The position numbers and the translations under genes are program-made. From assembly GCF_030684315.1 (NCBI RefSeq), contig NC_081367.1, positions 60,327,414-60,391,413 on the forward strand: DNA of 64,000 nucleotides. The letters run 5' to 3'. This document shows, one piece after another, positions 1 to 12,600 of the stretch; the stretch's first letter is position 1, and each line of letters starts with the position of its first letter. The DNA comes from Stegostoma tigrinum (taxonomy: Eukaryota). The notes beneath the pieces were generated by a model, which was not told the DNA's origin, made no database searches, and was given only the letters and a program-made list of their open reading frames with translations.

Positions 1-760
1 CCTTGGCTATTCACCCTATGAATGCTTTTCATCTTTTTATCACCGTCTCTCAGGTTACGCTTCAGCCTCCGCCTGTCCGAGGGAGAGAGCTGCAGTCCAT
101 TCAGCCTCTCCCTTTCGGCAAACCCTCCAGGCCCAGCAACGTCCTTATGAAAATCTTTATTCCACGACCTCAAGTTTAACAATTTCCTTTCTATTGAAGG
201 GAGACAAGAATTTCATTCAATATTCTATATGTGGCCTCATCAATGTCATGTCCAGGTGTAACATGACGTCCCAACTCCTATGATCCATGTATTCACCATT
301 GCAGGCAAGTGTGCCAAATACCTTCTTCAACACACAGTCTATCTGCAACACGACGTTTAAGGCATTATGCACTGGCACCCTTGTGCTTCTCTCCAGCAGC
401 ACTTCTCAGGGCTCTAACATAAGCTGTATAAGTCATGCTGTTGCTTCCCTTAATAAAATGCAACAGATTACATTTATCTGAATTGAATACGATCAGACAC
501 TACTCGGCCCATTGGACCATCTGATCAAGATCCAGATGTACTTTGACATAATATCCTTTAATGTCTGCTGCCCACATATTCTGGTGTCATCTGCAATCAT
601 ATTACCCCTGTCTCCTGTATTCACAGCAGATAATTTGTATCAGTGATGCAAAGCAGCGGATCCAGCACGGATCCTTGTTCTATCCAGCTGGTCACAGGCC
701 TAGAATCCAAAGCCCGATCCTTTATCATTACTCTCCGTCTCATATCTTCAAGTCTGAAAT
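1..760 (-). mobile_element. Degenerate CR1-type LINE, 3' portion of the RT ORF
   Basis: The minus-strand remnant ...DVMLHLDMTLMRPHIEY matches the RT C-terminus of other CR1 copies in the window. Boundaries are approximate. Confidence 0.7.
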
Positions 761-1039
761 GGCATGAGATGCTTTTGGCACATTCGCCCATTCTCACCTA
801 CTTGCACACAAATTATATGGGTTGTACTTAGGACAGATCACTGATTTCTCATGCTTAGATCTTAATTTCTCTTACTGAGTTTTTTTTTACCTCTGACCTT
901 TTATCCATTATGCCCTTGTTCACCAGCTCTGTTCATATGTTTTTATGCCTCGGCTCTGTCTCTACCAGTTAACTCGCCTCTCCCCAGCTTTGACATTGGC
1001 ATCTGTTTCGACATAAATTACAGGTTTTCGTACCTAGTA

Positions 1040-1550
1040 AAACTTATGATGAAGAGTCATCGGACTCAAAACATTAACTCTGGTTTCTTCCCATTGATGC
1101 TGCCAGACCTATTGAGTTTTTTTTTTGTTTCACTTTCTGTGTTTGTTTCGGATCCCCAGTATCTGCAGTTCTTTGCTTTATTACAGAATAATGGATTTTG
1201 TTCTGTGCGGAGAAAGTGCTTCTCTAAATGATAAATGAGCAGACTGAGAAGAAAATTACTCCAGCCAAGTAGCAAAAGTCAAACCAAGAGGAACGGAATG
1301 GAAGGCCAACTTAACATATGTGCAGCCTGTGCATGAAATTCAGTTCCACACCAACATAAGATGTCTGTACAAATGCATTTTGTCTTAGGCTGCAAAATAG
1401 TCTTCCAATAGGCTACGGATAACAAGAAACATGGAACAAAAGCACTTTTAAAAAATTATTACAGCAAAAATACAAATGTATCATAAGTAAATATAAATTG
1501 TTTAATCAATGAGAAAAATAAACATTGGGTCAACTATCTTCAAAAATAAG
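1040..1550 (-). other. Orphan copy of the V2R 3'UTR/3' flank, including the shared PLE terminal-repeat remnant, with no coding exon
   Basis: aaatgagcagactgagaagaaaatt and the blocks after it align by eye with 5340-5700, 20995-21540 and 52920-53215. Confidence 0.7.
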
Positions 1551-2869
1551 CTCATCAAAATCTTAAAAATCAAAGTAAGCAGTAATTATTCATCAGTAAT
1601 ATCAAAGATTAATCACTAAATACTTTAGTTATATTGCCTGATCGTTATTGTTTTTAATGGAGCAACATACGGGATACCCAAAGGTTCTTCATGGCAACCA
1701 ACAGGAAATGTAACAGTGATATAATGGGGGGAAAAGCATAAATTTCTGATGAAATTCAGTCGGCCTGACAGCATCTTTCAGAACAAAGTACAGCTAAAGT
1801 TTTAAGCCTCATGGCTCTTCTGAACTGTTAATAACAAGGAAAATGTGGTGTTTGTGCTGAAAGCAATGTAGCATAGAGGGTGACTGGGAGGGGAGAGGAT
1901 TGCTGAACAGTGCAGATGGAGCCCAGGGTGAAAGAGATATAAAGCAGATGTTGCAGTGACCCCTGACTAAAGTTAAACTAAAATGGCTGTCCAGGGCTTT
2001 TTGCTGAGATAAGGTGGCATTGAAGTAATTTCCAGGTGCATATTATCGATTTTCACAGTCAGACGGTCTGCATCCAGAAGATCAGAAAAGATAATGAAAC
2101 GTATGGTGAGAGTCAGAATGGTTTTTTTGTCGGAAGGAACATAGACGAATTTAAACAGATTTCAGTGACAGGCAGCTCTAAACACATAATAATTTTATTA
2201 AGTGCCATCTTTGAAAGCCTTAGCAACTTGCTGTAACAAATTTGGTATTTGGAGAAATGTAGAAGGAGAAACGTGATCTTACAGTATTCTAAATATTTTA
2301 GGCAATCGTAAATTAAAAATGGAAACAACGAACTTTTATGAAAGCCAGATTCCTTGAATAAATGTTTGTAGTCAGAAAAAAGACACCTACTTTATTAGCA
2401 AGGAAGATAAAGTAATAAATGGTGCAAACAGAGCTTTTAAAAGAGCAGCATTGCATAATAGAGGTGAGGAAGAGGTTATAAAAGCACAGTCATCAGGACT
2501 GCTGAGACATAAACAATTCAGGTTAAAGTATAGGCGTGGACTGGTTGAGCAATTCCTTACGTTCAAATATCAAAGCAAGAGTGACAGAAACAGGTTATAA
2601 TACACAGGGTAAAAATGAGGTTATATCTCAATATCATTTGAAGAATATAGATAGGTTTCTTTTAATGACTTCATAAAGCTATAAATTGAATTTAGTGACT
2701 GGAAGCATTTAGAGTAAAGAAAGTAAAGGTTTACCCAAGAATTAAATTTTGGTTTTAACCCCACTTGCAGCATATGGGTGACGGGGTTGTTAGCTCAGCT
2801 GCTAGACAGAGAGACCATTTATCTAAACTCGCAGGACTGTTTGAGACAGGGGATGTTCCCCTTTGCTTT

Positions 2870-3173
2870 GATTGATTTGATTTGATTTATTCTCACATTA
2901 CCTAAATACAATGAAAAATACTTTGTTTATGAGCAGTGCAGGCAGGTCATAGTAAACAAGAACACACAGATCATCGATGAAAAAGAATAGAAAAAGAAAC
3001 TCAGACAGGGGCGTACAGTTTACTCTGCAAAGGGCATGCATAGCTTAAAGCCACCATTAGCAACATTATTTTAAGGTAGAGAGTGATTTATCAGTCTAAT
3101 AAGGGCAAAGAAGAAGCTGTTCTTGAATCTGCTGGTGTGTGTGTGCGTGTGTGCGTGCGTGCGTGCGTGTGTG

Positions 3174-3229
<56 letters not shown>

Positions 3230-3440
3230 CAAGCTTCTGTATCTTCGGCTTGCCGGAAATTGATGTCAGAGTGCATTAATGGAGTGGGATGGATCTTTTA
3301 TGATGTTGGCAGCTTTTCCACAGCAATGAGCCATGTAAACGGTGTTCATGGCTTCCGTGCTGTTTTGGGCTGTGCACACAAACCTCTGTAGTTTCTTACG
3401 GAACTGGACATGGCAGTTGCTATATGAGGACGTTAAAAAC
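2870..3440. mobile_element. Interspersed repeat with a (TTGAT)n end, probably a LINE 3' end. A second copy is at about 54883-55210.
   Basis: Both copies share tttgatttatt(c/g)tcac...tgaaaa...tttgttta and cagtctaataa...gaagaa.ctgttc. Confidence 0.55.
3135..3228. repeat. (GT)n/(GCGT)n microsatellite
   Basis: Directly visible in the sequence. Confidence 0.98.
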
Positions 3441-3452
3441 ACGGACATCACT

Positions 3453-3812
3453 GGGAGGTGATGGCCTATTGATATTATCAATGGACTGTTAATCCAGAGA
3501 CGCAGATAATGTTCTGAGGACCTGGATTTAAATCACGCCATGAAAGATGGTAAAATTTGAATTCCATAAATATCTGGAATTGAGACTCTCTTGATGACCG
3601 TTATTTCATTGTCGACTGTTGGAAAAACCCATCTGGTTCACTAATGCCCTCTCGGGAGGAAAACTACCATCCTTACCTGGTCTGGTCTACCCGTGACTAC
3701 AGAACCACAGTAATGTGGTTGCCTCTTAATTGCCTTCTGGGCAATTGGTGGTGGGCAATACATGCTGCCTAGATAGTGACTCCCCTATCCTGTGAATGAA
3801 TAAAGAAGAAAA
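3453..3812 (+). mobile_element. tRNA-derived SINE, near full length
   Basis: Has a degenerate A/B-box head, the core aaaacccatctggttcactaatg and an aatgaataaa tail. 5' fragments recur at about 12618, 32235 and 59167. Confidence 0.7.
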
Positions 3813-5610
3813 CAAGGTTTGGTTTCTGTGGTGTTTCTGTTAACATGCGTTTGAATCTTCTGAACTAAGGTTAGTAGGGTATGAAAACTGCGAGCCAGAA
3901 TTTGGAAGGATCTTCAGTAATAAGCAAGTATCCATGTTATCGGGAATTAATGAGGCGCAGCTGGCAAATATGGTGAAGGAGTATATAACTGCCAATTTTG
4001 AAATGTGCTTTAATAGCCTGTATTGCGAAATAAACGATACATGTACCCGGTGAACATCATGAGATCATAAGGATTCATCGGGCTGTCCATACAGTTGTCT
4101 AAAATTGATTGTGTGCTTACAGGACTGGAAATATAGATTGGGGGGATGTGGTTAACCATGATATCAAAGTTTAATGTAATTATTGTAAGACAAAATGTAT
4201 AAACCGGTTGGAATTTATTTAGATGAGACCAAGAGGTCCAGAGAGCGACCTTTCCCATACTACATTGGGAAGATTTGCCATTGGAGTTGTGGATGATGTC
4301 ATCGACATGCTCGCCAAGGAAGTGAGTTTGGTAATTGTTCGCAGGTCAGGACTGTAGAAAAGCTGAATAAGAGATAACAAAGTGCTAAAAGTAAAAATGC
4401 ATGTTAGCAGTACGACCCATGCCTTGTGATAATGGATCCACCAGTACTTGACAATGGGTGGCTGTGATAAAAGGACATTTTCTCTTGCCATCTGTCAAGC
4501 TTGCACCGAGGTTCACTGGACCATTGCAGCAGACCCGCAAGTGAAATATTGGCATGGGAACAAGTGGTGTGTGAAGTGACAGGCAACTGAAATCTCAGGG
4601 TCATTTTTATAGATGGCACAAAAGTGTTCTGAGATTGATCGCTAAGTCTTTTTCCTCCACCAGGTTGTTGGGGATCTTATTATGAACATCAAATAAAATA
4701 GGCTGCAGGGAATGAATCATTGCTTCATCTGGCTGGGGTGTTCCAGGCCTCGCATAGTGAGGAGGGAGGAGTCAAATGGGCAAGTATTACTCTCCCTGCA
4801 ATTCCAGGTGAAGGTGCCATGGGAATTTGAGGAGATCTTGAGAATGGAGGTGAAGATTACCAAAGTCCAGAGGGAACAGTACCTCCATAATCCTGACAAA
4901 GGAAACGTGGGGAATATGTGCTTTCAGCACAGCGAACCCTTCTCACTGACCTCGAGGCCTATTTCACCGATTATGTGTTACATTCCACAAAGCTTTGCCT
5001 CACGCTTCGCTCTCGAATTTAGCTTTTCCTCAGTCCCAGCCTAAGATCTGTTATCGCCACGTTTTCTGAAACTTTCATATCTCTGTCTGCCTGGGAAAGT
5101 CTCCAACTATTTGCTCACCTCTCACCCACGTCGGATTCGGCTTGAACGTGTTTTCCGAGCTACAAACAGTTCTGGTGAAGAGTCACTAGACTCGAAACGT
5201 TAACTTGGCTTTCTTCCCACGAAAGCTGCCAGACCTGTTCAGTTCCACTTGTGCCTCAGATCTCTACAATATGAAATTATTTTGCTTTAGTGTAGAAATA
5301 ATGGTTTCCGTCGTATACGGAATTTAACCAACTACAAATTGTAAATGAGCAGACTAAGAAGAAAATTCAGAGGCCATTTCCCGCCATTTCCGTCACTTCT
5401 ACTGGGATGAAGCCACCAGACCTTTTCAAAAGAAAATTATCCGAGCCAAACATCAAAACGAAAATCAACACTAACGGATACAATGACAAATCAATAAGCA
5501 CAGAATTCGTATACACACCACACGAAGCGGAGTCACCAATAATTTTAAATTTACGTGACCAAATTGTCTTCACGAGTAATAAGCTTTACACAAAAATCGT
5601 ACTGAATTGC

Positions 5611-5623
5611 TTTATTGTTTATT
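5611..5623 (-). terminator. Candidate polyadenylation signals of gene A (two AATAAA). The equivalent in B is at 21443-21448.
   Basis: TTTATT on the + strand about 120-130 nt past the stop, at a homologous position in A, B and C. Confidence 0.5.
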
Positions 5624-5741
5624 AGAGCAAAAACACAAACACATCGAAAGGAAATGCAGGTTGTTTAATCGGCAAAATAATTATTAGAACAATAATTTCC
5701 AGGCTGAATATTTTACGGGCAGAAATAGAGGAAGCTTACGA

Positions 5742-6649
5742 TTACAGTGAAGACCCTTTGCCCATCATGTTTTTCTTCGTATTATTCTCCGGTTTCAGTA
5801 AGATAATATAACACTTCGGAGCAAAAATGCAGACAAGCAAACCAAAGCTTGATGCCCAAATAGCAAACACCTCTACAGCCACCGTGTACTTTCCAGGGGA
5901 GCTGACATAAGCCGGAATAAAAGTGATCCAAACAGCACAGAAGATCAGCATACTGAAAGTTATATACTTCGCGTCGTTGAAATTAGCAGGAAGTTTCCGG
6001 GCAAGAAAAGCTAGCAGGAAGCACACTGTGGATAAAAGACCAATATAGCTGGACACAAAATAAAAGGCTTTCAACGAGCCCACGTCACATTCCAAAATTA
6101 TAATATCTTTATAATAGGTCATGTTTTTCACTGGATATGGGGGTGATACAATGAGCCAGATCGTGCAAATTAAAACTTGAAGAAATGTGAGGCCGAGCAC
6201 TCCTAATCGTTGCTGCATCGGGCTAAACCAATTCATCAAATTGTTGTTGGGAAGAGTTGCTTTAAAAGCGATCACAACAAGGACGGTTTTCCCCAAAATA
6301 CAGGAAATACACAGAACAAATACAATTCCAAACGCAGTCCGCCGCAATATGCAGGACCATACGGTCGGTTCCCCAATGAAGGTAAGTGAGCACAGGAAGC
6401 AAAGCGTTAGCGCAAAGAGAAGGAGAAAGCTCAACTCCGAATTGTTCGCTCGAACAATAGGAGTTTCCCGAAACCGGAAAAATACAACAACTGTACCCAG
6501 TGCAAGGCACATTCCCATTATAGCAAGTGCCACCAATACATAGCCAAGAACCTCCTGGAAGGAAAGAAATTCAATCTTTTTGGGAAGACAACGATCTTTT
6601 TGCTCATTCGACCAGTATTCCAAAGGACACCTCGCGCAATTGGTGGAAT
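5742..6649 (-). CDS. Paralogue A exon 6 (end of Cys-rich domain, 7TM, stop)
   Basis: Acceptor tttcag|ATTCC. 908 nt, (D)[14 protein letters not shown]...KGSSL*. Matches ORF 5742..6623. Confidence 0.95.
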
Positions 6650-9600
6650 CTGAAAGAAATAAATAATCTTTTTGATATACAAAATGTTGTTGTCAACGAG
6701 ATAACAGAGTCTATGGCCGGATGTTTGTACGTACCCGTCGTGTTGCTTATCTCACCATCTGCGCACTCTGCGCAGTCGAAACAGCATATTGGCTGACCTT
6801 TCCTGCTGACCTTTCTTGTTCCGGGTGGACAAGGCTCCGAGCAAAGAGCACGTGGAATCTAAAGCGAAATTAAGGATTATTGTGTTATTTATACATTGGA
6901 TCCATAGCGGAACTCACATGGAGATGTTATTATTTTGGCATTGAGAGAGACGTATTATTAGTCCCAGTAGCCGAATCTTCCTCCGTAATCTATAAGTTTT
7001 TTTTTCCCTTCAAACAATAAACCAGCAGTCTTTTGAATGTTGACTGTTCAATGCCTTGCTTCCATCCTCTCAAGCAGTGGATAATGGATAGTGATAATTC
7101 TATGGGTAATGTATTTTGCAAGTGAGCCTTATCGTATTAAAGACTAACCTTCTGCCACTGAAAATTGTGTATTCCTAATTTCTTTTCCCACATCCAGTCG
7201 TGTCTGGTGGTGATCAAGCATCAGGTGAAAAGAGGAGAAAGATCCATGAACCCAACTGATTTCGCTGACAGTAAAACGCATCAAGTATCGCACTCGTGTT
7301 TTCAAACCTCTTTAAATCAATAGACCTAACTAGTAAACTAACACCACCACCGACTCCTGAGACTCTCGTCGTCGACTATCACAGATTTCAGACTTCGTCA
7401 ACTTAGCTATCCGTGTCACACGAAATCGAGAATGGCTGAACTCAGTGGATATGAGAGGGTCCAAACTGTCCGGCACAGGCTCGACATTTTTTTGAAATAT
7501 TAGTTAAGTATGTCCTGTCCGTCAGATTTGACCATTTCAGTTCCCATGCTGCGAAGTGTCATCTCACTCACGCTTGATAGTCAGAAAAGTCGCAGGCTTA
7601 ACGTGGTTAGATTTCCGAGGAAGGGTCGCTGATTTTTCTCCACTGCTGCTGCCACACCGGCTAAGGTTTTCCAACAATTTCCATTCTTCTGTCTCTGAGT
7701 TAAAGCATCCGCAGTCCTTTCGGTTTTTATTTCGTATTTTCAACAGTGTGGTCAAACTCGCTCATTCACACCACTTAATTTCGAGTTTTAGAACTAAAAC
7801 TAGACTATATTGTCATTTATACTTAAGTACAGGAGTATAGCGAGAAGTGTACAATGTCGGCATTCCAGGCATCATCTTGGGTTCAAAAGTACCTCGGTAC
7901 AAAATCTGAGGTACAAAGTAGAAAAACAAGGAAGTATAGGTAGAAGTTCAACATTAAAATTCTTTTCGTTTAAAAGTCAAAAAATAAAGAGAAAAGTTAA
8001 AAGTTCAAAATTCCGCTCCTTCTTCCGTGCTAATCCATGCTCTGCTCGCTCTCCAGTTCGATCTCTTCAGTGCTGGACTCGATCTCGTCCGGGTCGGACT
8101 TAATCTCCCCGCGCTCAGCTCCACCGCAGATGCCGGTAGATATCGGGTTGCCGGCTCTCGCCTCTTCTGCGGATGCCTACAGACATCGACCTGCCTTCTC
8201 TCACCAGCGCAGATGTACTGAGATCTCTATAACCGCCGCGCTCGGTTCGATCTCACCCGCGCTAGGCTCGATCTCTCCGGGTTGGGCTCGCTGTCTCTTC
8301 TTCTCCCGCGCTCTCTCACTGTCTTCCGCGCTGGCACAATCTCTCCGCAGAAGGTAAGTAGATTCAAGTAATAAAATACAGTCTAAATGAAGCATTCAAC
8401 AGGCCCTTCATGATAGGCTCATCCAGAAGATTAAGCTGCATAGGTTCCATGATGGCTTGGCCATATGGATTCATAATTGGCTTGCCGGCAGAAGATGGAG
8501 TGTAGTAGTGGTAGGGTATCCTTCAAGCTGGAGGTCCCTGACTCGTGATGTTCCATAAGGGTCTGTTCTAGGACCTCTGCTCTTTGTGACATATATACAT
8601 TACTTAAATAAAAACGTCGATGGGTAGGTTAGTAAGTTTGCAGATGAGACAAAGATTGATGGAGTTTTCGATAGTGAGAACGCTGTCAAAGGTTACAGCA
8701 GGATCAGTTGCAGATAGGGGTGGGGAAATGGCAGATGGAGTTAATGGGTAAGTGTGAGGTATTGCACTTTGGGAGGTGGATTGTCACAGAAAGGGTATAG
8801 TTAATGACAGGGCACTGAACAGCATTGATATGCAGAAGATTCTTGGGATTCAAATCTGTAGCTCCCCGAAAGTGACCAAACAAACAGATAGGGTGATAGA
8901 GAAGATTTATGGCATGCTTGCCTTTTTTTTTGGTCAGGGATTTGAGTGCAAGAGTCAGGGTGTCATGTTGCAGCTTTATAAGACTTTGGTTAGTTCACTC
9001 CTAGAGTATTGCATTCAATTCTGATCACCACATTGCAGGAAGGATGTGGAAGCTTTAAAGAGGATGCAGAGGAGGATTACCAGCATGTGGCCTGGATTAG
9101 AGGGCAAGAGCTGTAAGGAGAGGCTAAAAAAAAGCTCGGGTTGTTCTCTCCGGACTGGCAAAGGCAGAGGGAAGCTTGCTAGAAGTCAATCAGATTATGA
9201 GATGCATCGGTAGGGTTGATGGTCAGAAGCTTTTCAACAGAATTGAAATACCTGATACTAGGGAGCATATATTTAAGGGGAAGAGTACAAAGGAGACATG
9301 AGGAGCAAGACAGAGAGTGGTAGGAGCCTGGACCGCACCACTGGGATGATGGTTGAGGCAAATAAAAGCATTTAAAGAACTTTTAAATACCCATATGAAT
9401 ATAGGGAATAGTACTGGCCAAGGGCTGGCAGTAGGGATTAATGCCATTTGTAGTTACGTTCAGCACAACATTGTAGGCCGAAGGGTTCATTGCTATGCTG
9501 CACAGTTCAATTATCTATGTTCTATAAATGACACGGAACACCAGCCCAGCCACCGCACTGCTCCTTCCCTCATATAATACTCCAACAGTACTTAATCCAG

Positions 9601-12600
9601 CACTCCATATTCATCAGAAGGAGCAAAACGTCATTTTTTGTGTTCTGGGAGGTTCCGTATCCTTCCGTTGAATCCATCCATATCATTCCAGTCAAGGGTA
9701 TTTTTGAGGTTGTGTGTAAGTACACTCTGGGTAAATTCGTAACATTTATGAGTGAAGAGTAAGTTCGTTCCTTACGTCTATTCTATCAAGACCTTTCACA
9801 ATCTCAACTTCCTCTACCGGTTGACCGCACTGAAAGAAAACAAACTTGACTATCGTCTTCAACAAACAAAATTTGAATTTACTGGAGAAACTCAGCCCGT
9901 CTGGCATCATCTCCAAGAAGAAAACAGAGCCAAGAAGTTGAATCTAGAGATCCACCTTCTGGGCTCTAGAACTTTCCAGGTACGCGTAAATAATGCATAT
10001 AAGACTGTAGTAATTTCAAGAATTAAAAACAGCAAGAATTCAAAAACTAACGTAAACTCTTGTTTCGGCTACTTCGCAATAAATATAGCATTTTGAAATG
10101 ACAAATGAAAACGGCATCCCCACCTGTTGAACAGTACAGAAATACTTGCAATAAAAAGCACGTACAAAGTCTTCAGCTTTAAGGGTTACAGGGGACAATG
10201 AAAATGGGACATACCCTCAAAAACTAGTTGGAGATGTGTACAAACAGGACCCTAAGGAATGAAAATAAATTACGACCTTGCCAGTGATGCCAAGGGTTGA
10301 AGTGTTCACAAAAGCTAAATGTCACTTTTTTAACCATGGTTACTCGTGTCCATCAAAAGGAAAATACCTGCTTTCCAGTAGAGCTCCACGCGATATTTCC
10401 GATGTTCAGGACAAGTTCTTGTCCCTCCGGTGCTGAACCTTCGTAATATCCAATGTTTACAAATTCAAGTGAACCATCCAAATTCATTTGTAAATTTACC
10501 AAGTCATACGTTGGGACTGGATCACCATTTTCGTCGAAATACACGATTTCCCCAGTGTGAGCACTGAAATTTACAGAGTGTAGGTAGTGCAGCAGCTAAA
10601 TTAGAACAATGCAAGGCATGTAAACCGTGATTTTAACAGTTACATCAAAACTCACTTAAGCAAATGAACATCGATAATTTGGAAGCGAATGATACTATAA
10701 TTTAACATCCGGAGAGGAACAAATAACGTTTCGAGATCATCATTTTCCATTTTTCTAAGTCTCTGATCATCTGCCCGACATTCAACTCTCAATTTTAGCC
10801 CGAATGAGTCTGATTGAAAATATGTGGAGTCCAGCCCCACGACAGAGATCTGACTGACAGGTAGAATAGCTCGAACGGAGGGCTGAATTTTCGGAGTGAC
10901 GTTTTAAATATGTTCCATTGGAACTATAGCCCGGTAATATTGTGAGAAGATAAAGCTCGCCAATGCCTATCCGACAACAATAATTAACATTGATACTTTG
11001 AATATTTAGCACATTGTTATTATCAGCACGCCCTTGGCCAGAATATAGATTTTCTGTCTTCTACATCACAACAATGACTAAACTTCGTAAACACTCTCCT
11101 AGTGTACGAAGCTGCTGAATGTCTTGAGGCCTTGGAGGTGCTCGCAATAATACATTTAGGTGTAGTATCCACTTTTCCCTGTGAGTAAATTTCGAATACT
11201 TCTTATATTCATTTTTTTTATTTTGATACACACTTGTCCGTTTGGACAACTTTTCTCTCATTTTCTCGGGAAATATTGAATTCTAATAAATAGGATTGCT
11301 TATGAATAAAGTCACTTGAAAAATGTGGCAAAACGACTTCGAAGCTTGTTGGCGTCAATGGGATCTAACTGAAAGAAACTGAAACAAAACGAAATATTTT
11401 CCTACCTGCCAGGGCTCAAAGCTGAAAATATGAGCACAAGTATTATTCACAAAGGGGCCATTGCCTTCTTCACAGGACAGCATATCATGAAGTGCATGAG
11501 CGACAGCATAGACCCCTTTGTACACATGGTAGGAACTTCCGTCCATTATTGCTGGAAGGTACGCATTTTCTAACCCATTTAAACGTTCATTTCCTGTACA
11601 TGGCCGCATTTGGACTGCAGAACTTCCAGTCTTTGTCGAGTCGTCCGTAGTTAAAGAGCACGAGAATACAGTTTCCCAAAACTTCTTCACAAAAATGCTG
11701 TCAGGAAAACTAGAAGGATGAATTTTAAGAAGATAATTTCTGAGGCCGTCTATTTCTGTCCTACGGGTTGTTAGACCGATGGCCCCAATTAGAACCCTTG
11801 CTCTTTCTTCAGGTGACAATATATCTTCTGTAAGCCACCCTTCGCTTCCAATCCATTGTATACCCGTTACATTTTGGCGCAATATCTCCTTAATTAAAAC
11901 TCGCATATCTCCGCTTTGCAGGAATCCAATCACAACCTTTGTCGTCGCTTCTCTCATCACCTGCACTACTTTGCTTATTTTCTTGGCGGGATCAGTTCTG
12001 TGAAACGATTCAGAATACGCAATGCAAACCCCAAATTTTTGGGCCTCTTCGATAAATGTTCTCATCCCAAAATTCCCATAATCTGTGTTGCTTCTAACTG
12101 TCCCAATCCAATTCCAGCCAAATGTTTTCACGAGTTCAGCAAGGCGTTTCGACTGATATTTGTCGCTTGGTATTGTTCTAAAGAAAGTCGGATATTCTTT
12201 CTTATCGCTCAGACAAGAGCAAGTTGAGAAGTAACTGACCTGCAGAGAAAAGTGTAAATATATCAAAATATGCATTCATTGTTTTTGGAATCATTTTCAG
12301 GATGTCTCGCTTCAAGGCCACCAGTATGACCGAATTGTATTTATGAATATCAGTAATTAAATATAAACGATGATAATTAGAAATAATGGAACAAAATAAA
12401 ACATTTATAAAGTTTAAAATAGCACAAACGGCAAGCTGAAGTTTGAATACGGTCAACATATGTGGTTGCATGAGATCTATCCCCCTGAAAGACCCACTTG
12501 AATGTTCTACTGGAACGTCAAAGATTGTCTGAGTCTGAGATAACCCTTTTGTTAATAATGGCAATGTCACCGTACGTCGTATCTTTGTATTTAGAACATA

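Noticed and set aside
3083-3391. 102-aa ORF with a CVCVCV run
   Set aside because: It is the translation of the GT microsatellite.
6187-6543. Antisense ORF conserved over exon 6 in three paralogues (also 22019..22450 and 53693..54064), and the +1-frame ORFs such as 6262..6510
   Set aside because: These are shadows of near-identical coding DNA. The antisense ORF ends differ between copies, the starts are non-ATG and there is no recognisable domain.
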